A stretch of 64,000 bases of DNA. It comes from Sphaerodactylus townsendi. Lineage: Eukaryota. A program made the translations under genes and the position numbers. Where the stretch lies: contig NC_059425.1 in assembly GCF_021028975.2 (NCBI RefSeq), positions 74,710,001 through 74,774,000 of the forward strand, in the 5' to 3' direction. Positions 35,001 to 47,900 of the stretch are shown piece after piece (position 1 is the first letter of the stretch; each line of letters opens with the position of its first letter). The notes beneath the pieces were generated by a model that worked only from the letters and a program-made list of their open reading frames with translations, was not told the origin of the DNA and did not search any database.

Positions 35001-36603
35001 TGTTGCCTCTTTTGGCCTTATTGTTACCGCTCAGAGCCCTTCAGGGGTTGGGCGGTATAGGAAAATAAATAAATAATAATAACTATACTGAATACTTTTA
35101 CATTCCACAGGTGTTCACAATGAGATAAAAACAGGAATCCTGTATTAAATAACCATTTATTAAACAAAAGAAGCCACCAGTCAGCATCAATCCCAGAACT
35201 TACTTAGTGAGATCCGCTTTGCCGTGAGCCTCTGGCACTCGAGCTAACAGAAGGTCTGGGCACAGCTTCTTAGCATCAGAAGCCCACATGTTCCTGGTAA
35301 CTCCAAAAGCACGAGCTTCATAGCTCACAGCAATTATTCTGAGTCAAAGATGAAAATATTACCCAGTGATCGACGTGAAAAGGCACACTAAACAGTTTTT
35401 CAGAACATTTCCTGTTTAGCACCAGGCAACAAAATTTTTAACAAATTAGCATATGTTAAAATAAACACCCCCTTTGGCAACTGCTATACATAATCAGGGC
35501 TAATGAGGACTTTTCTCCTCTCCAGAGCACATGTTTATGTTCATGTTTAGGAAGGGGATTCACGGATGACTAAAAATTTGGAGGATGTCAGGCTGGGAGA
35601 AATACTATGATTTATCTACATTTGAAAAACAGTTTATGAAATTTCAGGATTGCACTAGGGCACAATTGACAGAAGTATGATTTTTTTCGAGAAGTGGATT
35701 GCATTATGATATGTTTTCTTTTTACCATCTTAAGAAAAGACAGCAACACATCTTAAGCAGAAAGACTGGAACAAAATCATTTCACTGTGTCAAGCCCCTA
35801 GTATTGATCCAGGGGAAAACAGACATGGAAATCATTATTGTTTTCATGTATAATCCACCTTTCTCAGTGAAACTCTAGAATTACAAATTATGAAAAGCAA
35901 TTTAATCAGACAGCAAAGACCTCCAATAAAAAATGCAATAGGATTACATAACTCACTCTTCCAAAGAAACCATAAAAGGCATGAATTAGCAGCATGACAA
36001 AGGAACTGCATTAAAAAACACTTAAATCCCAATCTTCATTTGAGAAGCAAAGCTCTTTCCTCCCTCCAAATTCTATTAGGGAGGCTTGATAGAAAGACGG
36101 TGGCCTGTGATCACTCAGTATTATGATCAGTATTATTTCTGGTTGAGTGGAGATTTTGAACTAAGTCCCAAACTCTACAACAATGGCCCGGAAGTAGCAC
36201 ACCCTACATTCTGTCCTCCCCCTTGTTGCTATTTACAGGCGGCAAGAACCCAGTATTGCACTTAGTCACCTAGTATTGCACATATCTGGGTTCAAATCTC
36301 TCCTCTGCCACAAGGTTTAATGGGTATCTAATGGGCGAGACACTCTCTCAGCCTAACCTACCTCACAGGGTTGTTGTGAGCATGAAAATGAGGAAAAAAT
36401 ACGTCCTTGGATGGTGGGATAACTAAAATATTAAAGTAAATAAATGTTTAAAAGTGTTGCCCATACCCGCCGCCTTTCCACGTCTTGTACTGCACCACGG
36501 CGCACGGCTTGCCGCGCAGACTAGGATCAAAGCGCTGCTCCACCTGTATGTAAAAACAGTCCATGTCCGCCAACGCCACCACTCGGTCCCGCCCGCGAGA
36601 CAT
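23024..36603 (-). CDS. POLH: DNA polymerase eta (Y-family translesion polymerase), complete, 10 coding exons, 696 aa
   Basis: Exons (minus strand, GT-AG, total 2091 nt): 36603-36467, 35338-35204, 33466-33249, 31688-31519, 30519-30416, 29711-29592, 29217-29094, 28617-28552, 25927-25755, 23867-23024. Motifs: DMDCFY, SYEAR, SIDEAY, UBZ CEKC..EHLDYH, C-terminal NLS and PIP-like TLFSFF. Confidence 0.98.
24127..25482 (-). mobile_element. 5'-truncated RTE-X-like non-LTR retrotransposon in the last POLH intron
   Basis: 15-bp TSD TTGCTCTCCTATATA (24112-24126 / 25483-25497). RT motifs YADD and YKYLG; C-terminal CSC..H...C knuckle; frameshift/stop near 24650; terminus GCCAAATAAAGG followed by (TTA)n. 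Confidence 0.85.
26722..26842 (+). mobile_element. CR1 3'UTR stub
   Basis: Near-identical to 3027-3140; (TTCTTATG)2 tail; TTCAGAC on both flanks. Confidence 0.85.
27429..27595 (-). mobile_element. SPIN/URR1-type hAT MITE
   Basis: TIRs CAGTGGTTCTCAACC / GGTTGAGAACCACTG; 8-bp TSD CTCTAGGA; CACCACAACATGAGGAACTGTATTAAAGGG and GACCCTTTCACAGGG match my recollection of the URR1/SPIN termini. Confidence 0.85.
32891..33036. mobile_element. Fully palindromic hAT MITE (146 bp)
   Basis: Two 73-bp arms with only 2 mismatches and no spacer; perfect 8-bp TSD TTCTAACC (32883-32890 / 33037-33044). Confidence 0.93.
33960..34190 (+). mobile_element. tRNA-derived SINE (Squam3-like)
   Basis: TGTGGTGGAGTAGTTAAGAG head, then GTGACCTTGAGCCAG..CAGCCTAACCTACCTCA body. 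Related copies at ~6390-6600, ~36280-36420, ~49237-49435 and ~60925-61190. Confidence 0.65.
34755..35081 (+). mobile_element. L2 LINE 3' end
   Basis: Encodes WWNTLPPTARALRDLEEFRRACKTELFHRAF (L2 C-terminus); 3' stem-loop CCGCTC..GGGCGG and AAAT/AAT tail. Confidence 0.8.
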
Positions 36604-36960
36604 GACGGACCACGCAAGTCCACTACTCGGTCCGTACAAGGGGATTGTCACATTTGCAGTTTAAACGTGAGAGATGCGGTTTGGATCGGTGGGTGCCCAA
36701 ACTTCTCTCGATTCCCGCCCTCACTGCTGCTGCAAAGGAAGAAGCGCTCACAACCCCCAGCATGCTTCCTTCGAACCTCATCCGTTACCATAAAGAGCAG
36801 CAATGTACCCTGGGACATGTAGTCTTAGAGCGAAATCTGTCTCTCGAACGGCGACCGGGAAAAAGTCATCCAGGGCACGCCCTTGAGGAGTCGATGATGA
36901 GGAGACCTCGATGGGACATTTTCCCTTCGTCTAATAATCCGATGGGATTCGTCCAAGCAG
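36604..36960 (-). promoter_or_regulatory. CpG-rich region upstream of the POLH start codon with a ZNF143/THAP11-type site
   Basis: TGGGACATGTAGTC at 36811-36824 (GACTACATGTCCCA on minus); high CpG density 36450-36960. Confidence 0.6.
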
Positions 36961-37627
36961 AGAATGGAAACTTACTTAACACAGGGTCCTAAAGAACATT
37001 CTATAGAAGTACACGGGCCCGTTAAGTTTGTATCCTGCTAGCATCTCACTGATAATGAAGCCTGCAAAATCAGGTTTTACATCAGGGAATGTGTTTTCCG
37101 TCATTGTGTCTTTTTAAATCTTGTAACATCAAGCTTAACGAAGAGCCCTGGTGGACTCAGAAGCTTGTACAATGTCCTGTGATTTAATTGTCCAATAAAA
37201 GATGTTGTTGCATGGATTTATTCCTTTGACTGCCTTACCAGAGGTCCTCTCTCTCACACACAGAGAGAAAGTCACAGGATATAGTGGGGAAACCCAGGAT
37301 TTGGGTTTTGCAGTCATTTTAGAACAATGTCGCTCATGCAAAGATTAAGTTTTTGCTTCTTCAGTGCAAGTCTTTTTGCACGAAAAAATGATAATATAGT
37401 GGAAAGTTATTATCTCCATGTTACAAGCAGGTGAGACTGAATGATTTATGCAAACCTTTACAGTTAACAAAGTCCAGAGGTGAGTCTGGTCTCCTCCCCT
37501 CACGAATTGGGCTGCTCCTCCTTCCAAAAAGCATTGGAAGTCACAACTATATCTTGTGACATGTCAGTCAGTCTTTATTACAGCCTACATTGAAAAACAG
37601 AAAAATGTTTATAACATTAATGATCTA

Positions 37628-38117
37628 CAGTGGAACCTCGGTTTTCACTGCCTTCGGTTTCCATCAGTTTCAGTTTTCACCGATTTTTTCAGTGAAAAAT
37701 TTGTCTCGGTTTTCATTGATTTGCCTCGGTTTTCATCAATTTCTAGTAAGGGACAGGGGTTTGTGGAGAAAAATCACCCGGACAAAGCTGTTGCAGGCCA
37801 TGTCTGCAACTTGTTTAATGACAATGTCTTACCCCATTTCAGACAAATCTTAAAGAGGCGTCAGAAACAGACCTCTTTGGACAGCTTTCTGGTGCAACAT
37901 TGGTCCACTGGCTCTGAAGCTGGTCCTAGTGTTATTGTTCGTTACTGTTTTCAGCATTAAACACTATGTTTATTCACCAAAATATGTGTTTTTGGTATGT
38001 TTTTTTGAGTGCCTAGAACGGATTAATTGGATTTACATTGATTCCTATGGAAAAGTTTGCCTCGGTTTTCATCGATTCTTTTCGGACGGATTGCCAACAA
38101 AAAACGAGGTTCCACTG
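37628..38117 (+). mobile_element. Tigger/pogo-like Tc1-mariner deletion derivative between POLH and XPO5
   Basis: TIRs CAGTGGAACCTCG / CGAGGTTCCACTG with TA TSD; retains the transposase C-terminus ...LPHFRQILKRRQKQTSLDSFL. Confidence 0.88.
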
Positions 38118-38459
38118 TACATAGAATTTCAACATTATTTGTCCTGATATGTGTAACAGTTTAAGGGTTAGAATCTGAGTAAATCATCCACGGGACATTA
38201 TCCCAGCCTGAAATTCGCTTGCAGAAAATAGTAACTTTGGTCATCTAGGTGCAGAAAGCGGCACCTTTTCAAGTTTTCTCTCCCTCCCTTTGTGCTACAT
38301 AGTGTCACACATGTAAATGAACCATTGAGCTACCCATCCTTGAGCTGGCAACCCTACTCCACCCCCTTCTCTGCTGGTGGCCGGGGTAACTGGTAATCCT
38401 AATACACAGTCATACCAAAATCAGGCAGCGGAAGAAAAGATCCCAACATAAAATATGTC

Positions 38460-38989
38460 ACAGGCTACAATTTCCCACACTCCAAACCGAAAAACAGATC
38501 TCTACTGACTTGAGACACATCATACTCCGCTCATTTTTATAAACACTTTGTATTTTATAAATACTTTGTATTTTATAAACATTTTGTATTATTCACTCTA
38601 TCGGTGAAAAACTGGGCTCTTTAAAAACCCACAGGAAACCAAGGGGCGTGCCTTACTCTTCTCTTTCTAACATTATGGGATTTCGGGACGTCGTGTTGCC
38701 ATTGGTCCACTCCATCGAGGAACCGAGGTCATCGTTACTGCGCATGCTCAGAGAGTCGGCCTTGGGATTCACGGCTCGCCCCCCCCCCCTTGCGTGTGAC
38801 GTTCCATAGAGCGGCGTTTGATTCTCTCTGGAGCTTCGAAAAAGGCTAAATAAATAGGTTGCCTCGTAATTGGCGCCTGCGCAATACGTCCCTGTGGTTC
38901 CCTGGTCTCGTCGCGGCGTTGCTCCCCTCGCTTTTCCCGTGCCTGGTTGCCCGGGGCAACGGCCGCTTCCCTCCTCTCTTCCCCGCAAC
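38460..38989. promoter_or_regulatory. XPO5 promoter, probably bidirectional with POLH
   Basis: CTACAATTTCCCA (~38465), CATTATGGGA (38671), CCAAT box as ATTGG (38701), NRF1-like TGCGCATGCTC (38739-38749), CRE half-site TGACGT (~38787); CpG island. Confidence 0.7.
38536..38590. repeat. 18-bp AT-rich tandem repeat (x3)
   Basis: TTTATAAACACTTTGTAT-like unit repeated three times. Confidence 0.75.
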
Positions 38990-41900
38990 ATGTCTGGGGA
39001 CCAGGTGAGCAGTCTCTGCGAGCAGTTGGTGAAGGCGGTGACGGTGATGATGGACCCGGCCTCCTCGCAGAGATACCGTCTGGAAGCTCTCAAGGTACTG
39101 TGGGGGAGCTGTTCTGGGGGGCTCCACCTGTTTCCCAACCCTTTCTGTAGGAATGTCCTTCGGATCCCAGCACAAGCACATGGCCAGTAGCTCTGGATAT
39201 CCGACAACATGAGCATTGCCTCAGGCACATTAGCATCGGCATGCACAGGTTGCTGGATTTAAAAACGTGCAACTCGCACGGTTCTTCTCCAGCAGTCGTG
39301 TGGTTTTTGAGAGGGGAAGCCCGCAGGCTCCCTTTAAATCATCTTCTGCTGTAACACGGCACACCAGACCATGATGCCCCCCTCCCATCCCGTCGCATTG
39401 GTCCACGTGGCCGGTAGCGTGGTTTGTGGGGCCTGTGCAGGTTAAGCAGTCCGCACGGCTGGCTTTCCATAAGGAAGAGCAGGAGAGTGGAAACAAAATA
39501 ACATACCATTACTTTGGTGCTGACTGAGAGCATAAGAAGTGCCTGTAAAATGAACCATACTAATGCAAAAGGAAGACACGAGACTTTAAAGGAGTAGCAG
39601 TTTGATTTTATGACTGCCGCACACACACTCTGCCAGGGCCTCTGTGAGGTCAAAGCTGCCCTGACAAAAATGCTTTAGAGAAGATCCTACCATCCATGTG
39701 CAGGTTGAATTTCTGCTTGTCAGGCAATTCCTCTATATAACAAGCACAGGATCTCAGGTAGGACAGAAAGAGACAACTCTAGGTTGTGTTAAAATGTTTA
39801 CAATGTTTTTGCTGGGGGCTGATGTGATATGGTAGTCCAGTACTTTAACCACTACAGGAAATTCTAGTGTGAGTGTAGAAATTACCAAGAGACTGCCAAC
39901 AATAAGAAAGTTGCACTCGTGTTCAGCATTTGTCCCCTTAACGCATTTAGTTCCTGCAAAACATTTGGGGTATATGTCTAGAGGTTTGCATGCATTGCAG
40001 TAGATAGTGAAAAAAATCTGGTAATAATAGTAAGATTTGTTGGAGTATAGCTACATCAGCTGTAGTTTGTTCTTCAGAACCATACTGTACTTCTGAGTGT
40101 AAAACAAGTTAGCTCTCAGTGCAGTATCACATACCTTTCTGCATAACCAAGCCACATGTTTTTGCTACCTTTTCAAAAAGAACTGCGGGGGTTCATGTGT
40201 ATTTTCTTTACCTCACAGTCCAGAACCCTCTCATGTGTCTACTTCTACATTATTGTAGTTTTCCCCCCTTTCCTTTCTCCTTTTTCAGTTCTGTGAAGAG
40301 TTTAAGGAGAAGTGTCCAATATGTGTTCCCTGTGGACTGAAGCTGGCAGAGAAAACCCAGACTGCTATTGTCCGACACTTTGGTCTTCAGATCTTGGAGC
40401 ACGTGGTAAAGTAAGGGAGTTTGTTTACTCGGTATTGCAACTTTTACGAGTTCCACTTGCCTAAATACAGTCACACCCACACAAACATATCTAGCTACTT
40501 TATACTGCATCAGTTAATTGGTCAGTCAAGCTCAGTATCGTTTGCTCTGACTGCCAGAATCCCAGGCCAAGATCATTTTCATTATCTTCTATCCCATCCC
40601 TTTAAATAGAGATGTCAGGGATTGAACCTGAAATGTTCTGCATGCAAAGCAGATGCTCTCTGCAGCTGAACCATATCCCTTCCTCCTCGATTATCAGTAA
40701 TAATAATCTTTGATTATTTATTCATGTATGATCGAACTTGGTAAGTGCTGTAAAAGGATAAAATGTGCTGTTTGAACAACACACACACATGTGCATAAGC
40801 AATAAAATCCTAGAATATCATCCCAGGAAGGGGGAGATACATTTTTGGTGATCTGTGTGATAACTAAAGGGAACCTGCATCTCAATTTTAATATGCCATT
40901 TGTCAAGTTGTCAGAGGAGTCTAGATGGATCGATGTTAATTTCTTTGACAGGAGCCTTAACCACCTTATCCAAACTTTTGAATTAAATGATCAAAAGCAG
41001 GCTTGAAGGGAAAACTTGAACAGTGGAACCCATATCCTCCACAGGGCTTTCGGACAGTTCAGGGAGGCAGAAGAAACAAAACCCTCCATGGGGGAAAATA
41101 GACTTACCATCCTATCAAAACTCTCCATGGGGGAAAATAGACTTACCAGCCTATCAAAACTCTCCATGGAGGAACTGTCTGAGTCAGGCCCATGTCCTTA
41201 TTTGCCCTCCTGGCCAGCTTAAGTGCTGTTTATACCAGCCTGGAGGGCAAAGCATTGGTGCCATTCTGCTCCCTCCCCGCATCTGGATTGGGCTGTTAGA
41301 CTCTACTCTGAAATCTGATGGGGTTGAAAAGGAAACTCCCCAGGCTGCAGGGTAATCAATATAACTGTCAACTTAGCTTGTAGAAGATTAAAAAAAGACC
41401 CTGTCAGGCTAGGCCAAAGATGCCAAGGAATGTGGGGGATCTTCTTGTGTGAAAACAGGGTTACCGGTAGCAAGCAATATAATTTTTGGTCCTGTTGTGA
41501 AGAATTCTGTTTCTAACTCTCTGTTCTGCTTAACTGTGCTTTGTAGGTTTTATATGTAATTATTGAAGTTTAGTGAAAAAGCATTATGGCAGTCTGCAGG
41601 GGTGACATGGCAAATTTCATTATAGGGAAGTAGGAGGAAAAGGTGGGTGTTGTATCAACTTGAGGAAGGCATTTATGTTCATTAGTTCTGTGTTAGCAGA
41701 CTGACCTCTTTGTTGAATAATCTAGAAATTCCATATTCTATTTGCCACTTCAGCACTTCCTTATTCTTTGCATACATAATATTGACTCCAGCCCAGTTCT
41801 TCAGTTTAGCTGCTGATGCACTAAACCATCTGTTTAGATGCACTAAACCATCATCTATGACCTGTTTCATCCTATTGTTTAAGCGTTTCCATAAGGAAAT

Positions 41901-44900
41901 GGGTACTTCGAGACAGTTTCTCTTCATCTTCTCTTTTACCCTTTCCATACTAACAGAAATCACCTATATATTTTTACCAGTTCTTGATGGACTGATTTAT
42001 TTATTTATTTAACATTTTTAAATACCCCCTTTTCTCATGACTTGAGGTGATAAAACATAATTTAAAACCAACAAATAAATATTCAGATAACCTCCCTCAC
42101 CACCACCCTCCCCTGAAAAATGGGCCTGGAATCTATACCCCATTAAAAGCCCTGGAAACGAAAATGGCTTTGCAGAACCTCTTGAAGATTGTTGCCTTCT
42201 TTGTTATTTGGCAGGTTCCGATGGAACAGTATGGGTCGGCTTGAGAAAGTCTATTTGATGAACAATGTCATGGGACTGATATCCAGTGTGAGTTTGTCTG
42301 TTTATAACATTAAATTGCTACATCACAGTTTTCTTGCCTGTGTTGTTGAGATAATCTCTATATATTAGAAGAGGCAGGACATGGCATTGTTTGTGAGAGT
42401 CAGTTAGCAAACCTTATGGGAGGGGGTCATTTCAGTACTTTAGCTACCACTTCTGGAGAGAATATTGTTTGTAATTCTCAGAATATTTATTGAATGCCAG
42501 ATTTTCTTTATGCTTAATAACCTGTTCTTTCTGGGTTTAAATTGTCCCATTCAGGTACATTTAAAAATACATTTTAATTAAAGTGATAGTTTTCTTGGTA
42601 CAGGGAGTCACTTGAGTTTTGATGGGCATATTTGCATGACTTCATTCAACCTTTTTCTTATTCTTGTTATATGATAATGAACTTTTGCTGTAAAGTAAGT
42701 ATTGGATTATCCAGGGCAGCCATTTTCCATTTCGTAATTCTTCCAGTTTTTCATTCACAGGGTACCCAGAATACTTTAGAGGAAGAAAGTCATATAAAGG
42801 ATGTTCTCTCGCGCATTGTCGTGGAGATGATCAAACGCGAATGGCCCCAGCATTGGCCTGACATGTTGGATGAACTGGACACACTCTCCAAGCTAGGGGT
42901 ATGACATGCATCTTACTATCAGATTACAGTAGTACCTTTATAAAATTATCCAAGGGTTTGTGGGTGTGTGGATGTTATAGTGGGACTACTCATGTGCAAT
43001 ATGTGCTCACTGTCCTCTGAAGACTTCAAGGTTAATATAATGTATGGGGGGGCGGGGGCATGTTTTGTTTTCTTTTTTGGAACTTTAGGAAACCCAGACA
43101 GAGCTGGTGATGTTTATTCTTCTGCGCTTGGCGGAAGATGTAGTGACCTTTCAGACAGTACCAGCCCAGCGACGACGAGACATCCAGCAAACTCTCACGC
43201 AAAACATGGAGAAGATCTTTACTTTTCTACTCAACACCCTTCAGCAAAATGTTAACAAATACCGACGCATGGTAAGAGACTAATTTCCACTGGTTCAGTT
43301 AGTGCAGGAAACCTTCAGACTTTCAGGAGCTATTAGCTGCAAGAGTGGGACATCAGTTCTGTTGCTGCATTTCAGGGTTACATTTCAAGCAAGGAACCAT
43401 GTAGGTTGACCAGAAAAAGCCTCAGGATCCAAGAACACCCATTGACTATCCATAGTTGCTGGGTAGTTTTTTAGCTGTATGAGGCCCTTATTATTGGATG
43501 ATGTGATTCCAGTTTTCTGGTGCCTGTAGATCTGTTTCTTTGATGCAATCCCCCAACCCACTTAGTCTTAAAAGTAGAACTGTAGAAATTAGTATTGATT
43601 GAATCAAAAGTATATCAGAGCAAGTGCTTTTTTCAGACCATGGGCTCTCCCCAGAAAAGTGAAACAAATTTGAAAAGACAAGATGATTCAATAACAAATC
43701 TAATTTTTATATTCAATACGTTGCTTTGGATTTCCTTTTTCTAATTTGTTTTGGTATTAAATTTTGAGGTCAGTCAATCAGAGTTAGAAGACGACAACTT
43801 ACTTGCAAGAAGAAACAAATCAGTCTTGATTCATTGGCATATTGTCCACAAGGACCCTTGCATAAAGCCTCATCAATTTTAACTTAAAAAGAAAAGGATT
43901 GGGAGTGGTTACATCAATTAGTCTGAACCCAGCCAGGCTTACTCAGAAGTATACTAGCATCAGTGCACGTTATCTCTGACTAAACATGCTTAATTGAACG
44001 AGGCATGAAATGAGGCAGGGGATTGAAACTATAGTTACATTTGCTAATTGTGGAATCCTCTTAATTGGCAAGGTTGAAGTGCTCAAGGAACAAGATGCCC
44101 TCAGGTTAGCACAACATTTCAGTTGTTTATGAGTAGGGTAATCCTTGAGGGTCAGGTTTCCTGGCTATCAGTGTGACATGTTATGTTTATGGGGAGGCTG
44201 TTACCCAGCATGTTGTACTCTCACATTACCCATACATACATGGGGTGATTTACTGTTAAGAGTTATCAATCTGTGTTGGATGGCTGAGTGAGTGAAGACC
44301 CATGTGTTTGGAACATGAGCTTGTTCAGTTATGGAAGTGGCAGTGTGAAGTTTTGAAGGTAAAAACCTCTATGGCAGAGGGGTTTTTACTATCTTCACAC
44401 ACAAGAAAGGTGAAAAAGTGCACCATTAGAAATATTATTTGGGACTATGATAAGATTGCTTACTTGTGGGATGGCTTGTATGCATTGCAGAATATATATG
44501 AATCCCCTAGGGATGGTAACAGGCAGTGAGATCTGCAGGTTCTCCAATTTTTACAGGCTTTACTGTTTATTTGTTTCATCTCAGATCATTGGATTGATTA
44601 GAAGAAAGGTAACTGCACCATAATGTTCTGTTAATTGGTTATGTTGGTTGAACCAAAGCAGTTGATGACTGAATAAAAGGGGGAATTTCTGCAGGTTCTT
44701 GCTGCTGTCTCTTATTAGAAAAGCTCGTCTTGCTAAAATTATCCCTTTTACTTAGCTGTTATGAGGTGCAGAAGCTTTCTGTCATATTCCCTTAACAAAT
44801 CTGCACTGAAATCCTTCAAACAAACAAAAAAGTTTAAAGGGCAACATTTTTATGCGTGGAATGGTTAAGGTCATGTAATGTGAAAAGGTTGTTTAGCTAT

Positions 44901-47900
44901 ACTAAAAATTGGTTCAAGTAGAAATATATCATTTTAATTTAGTATTTATTAGTTCTTTTTTACAGATGGTGTTGTAGTCTGTGTTGTTTTAGCGTGTATG
45001 GCAAGGATTGTTGATAGAAGCTTAAGAAGCTGCTATCCTGAATAACAGCTGCTGTTTATATGAACAAAGAACATTAGTGGGGCTCCAGGCACTCCTTCTG
45101 AGAATCATGGCTCACCAACGTGTCACTGTGGGCAGCTTCTCACACTATAGGATAAAAACATGCACTTTTATACATGTGGAAAGGAACATGGGTCAGTTGC
45201 TAGCTTCATAGCATGGATACATGTCTTCCATACCAGTGTACTCATTCTTCAAACCATGTATCTGTGACTCTTGCACATTACGAATCTAATGCAATGGTGC
45301 ATCATGTTTATATAATTTGTTGAAGTGGCTCAAAGCGTTCTCTGTGGAACTGTGAATTCCGTCCCTCAGAGGTGGCCTCTTGCCACTGTTTATAGGATTG
45401 CATGTGCTGTGTTGAGTCTTGCTGAAGAGCAGTTGAACCTCTTTCAACTCACTTCAGCCTGTGAACTAAAAACAGCACTGAGGTTGAAATATAGCTTATT
45501 TGTGCATGTTCAGTTTTCACAACCGTGGATGGATCTGTTGAAATATCCCATAGATCAGTTCTAGCGGGACAAAGCAGAAGCACGCTACAGAAGCTCACTC
45601 ACTCTTTGTTCTCTTTTCCAGAAGATGGATGCATCTCAGGAACCAAAGGTAAGCAAAGCCAGAAGGAGCAGTGCAAAACTTTCTACAAATCGTAGTGTTC
45701 AGAAGCTAGTAGTCAGTTTTGTCCCTAAGCTGCTGCCAGCCATATACATTAGTTCTTAACTTCAGTGAGTTAATTGTAAAGAAAGTGAGGAAATTCTTAT
45801 TTTGACAGATGGGGGGGAGTTCCTGAAATTATAGAGTTAGAAGGTGAACTGAACCCTTCCTGAACTGGTTTTTCAAGTCTTACTTTCAGAAAACTGCTCT
45901 GATTGCATTTCTTAGTTTAGTTCCTTTGAAGGGAAAATAAGATGCTACGGGTATTCTTTGGCTTGTGCCCAGGTCAAAACCTGGCAGATTTGTACAAAAA
46001 TGACATTCGTTGTTTACCTTTTAATTTGTTTTCAGCCTGTTCAGCTACCAGTAGTGCCAATGTATTAATGAGTTCCTGTGCCAAGTAGATAGAGCAAAAT
46101 TCTCTATGTGTGTGACCCTTCAACTTCCATCTGTTCACAGGCACAAGCAAACTGTCGAGTGGGAATAGCAGCACTGAACACTCTGGCTGGCTACATCGAT
46201 TGGGTGGCTATGAATCATATCACAGCAGATAATTGCAAGCTCTTAGAAATGCTATGCCTTCTCCTGAATGAGCCAGAGCTCCAAGTGGGAGCAGCAGAGT
46301 GCCTCTTGATTGTAGTCAGCAGGAAAGTAAGTTCCTCTTGGATCTCCTCTCTTCCCACATCAGCGCATGCTGCTTGACTATTCCTCTTTCCTCCTTGGAT
46401 TTATTCTTATTGCATAGTAGCTGAGGCTTAGTTTGTTTGATTGGTAAAGAATTGAAATCAGTGCCAGTTCAGACATCTAAGGTTCTGGGTAGAGCTTGGA
46501 ATGGATGACAAGTAGTGTTCAGGAGAGTGTTCATACAATCCTATGCACCAGACATCTGCAATAATCAAGCTACTTAGTGGTCGTGCTGTTTTACAGGGAG
46601 CAGTATGGTATCCAGCGCTCTGCTGTGCCAGGGAATCGCTTCATTTATTGATGTACTTCTGTTCCTTTTAAAAAGTTTTTATTTTATAATTGTCATTAAC
46701 ATTTATTAGTACCTTGTTTAATTCCTGCACAGAGCTGCGCTGAAAGGTGCTGAATTCCACCTTCGCCCTCCCAAGGTCTACAGCAGCTAGGATGCCATTT
46801 AAGATAGTCCAGCACCATTTATTTAAACGCTTTTATTAAAATAATCAAAGACAAAAGTTCTTACGAAGAATAATAAACATCTGTTAAGTGCTTAAATGCT
46901 GCTGTGTGAACTTCACCTTATTTTTGTCAGTGGACTTCAACATCTGTTAAGTGCGTAAATGCTGCTGTGTGAACTTCACCTTATTTTTGTCAGTGGACTT
47001 CAACACAGACAGATGGCAAGACTTGTAGTGCTCACTAAGCATAATTTTGGGGATTGCAAAGCAGAACTGGCAGTTCAGCATCCTTCTTCATTCAGCACCT
47101 TCCTTCCCATTACATTAATATTTTATCTTCCTCTCCAGACACTCACATCACATTAGCAATAGTCTTGACTACAGCCATTTTGTAAGGTAAATCAAACTCA
47201 AGGATGATAGGAGGATATTCTGTTATATAAAAGGCTAGCTGTGGTGGCGATGACTCACTTCCAGCCAATCACCACACACACACAGCTTGGGGATATGGCT
47301 GATATAGAACAGGTAAAAACAACACAAACGAAACAGTGGAATGTGGCGGTTACTCACTCTCTCATGTGTTCACCCTTCTTCCCCACTGCTGAATAGCTAA
47401 CGTCACAGTACTATCTGTATCTGCTTGAGGAGGAGCAGGTGCCAGCTGCTCCCCGTAGTAGGGTTGCGACTACTGGTGGCCACAGCCTTACCGTTAACTG
47501 TTGTGTGGCAATACAGGAGTCCAGGAAGAGAAGCAGGCATCCAGGAACAGGAGGAGGAGGGAGCTGGTGATCCGGGGCCAAGTGAGGAAGAAAGGCAGTA
47601 GGGGTTGGCCCCCTTGTTGGGTGCCGTTAACCCACCAGCAGTTTTCTAGAGCCCATTGTATTTGTTCATACAACAGGCTATACTGCTAGTGTAAGTACAC
47701 AGTCATGAGATTATGTAACTTGACTGTGTCTTACTGAAATAAATATTTATTTAGTTGGTAGGTGAATATGCTGTTGCTCCATGCCTTTTCTGTCCAGTGC
47801 AGCTCACCAAAGATACAAAGTTACAAAATGACAAGCAAAAAAATCATAATAAAGTAATAGTGAAACTGAAAAACAGGAATAAAAATGCTTACTCGGAGGC

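Noticed and set aside
36604-36651. 16-aa N-terminal extension of Pol eta (MTIPLY...) from the ORF track
   Set aside because: That start is GTG, not ATG; homology begins at the ATG at 36603.
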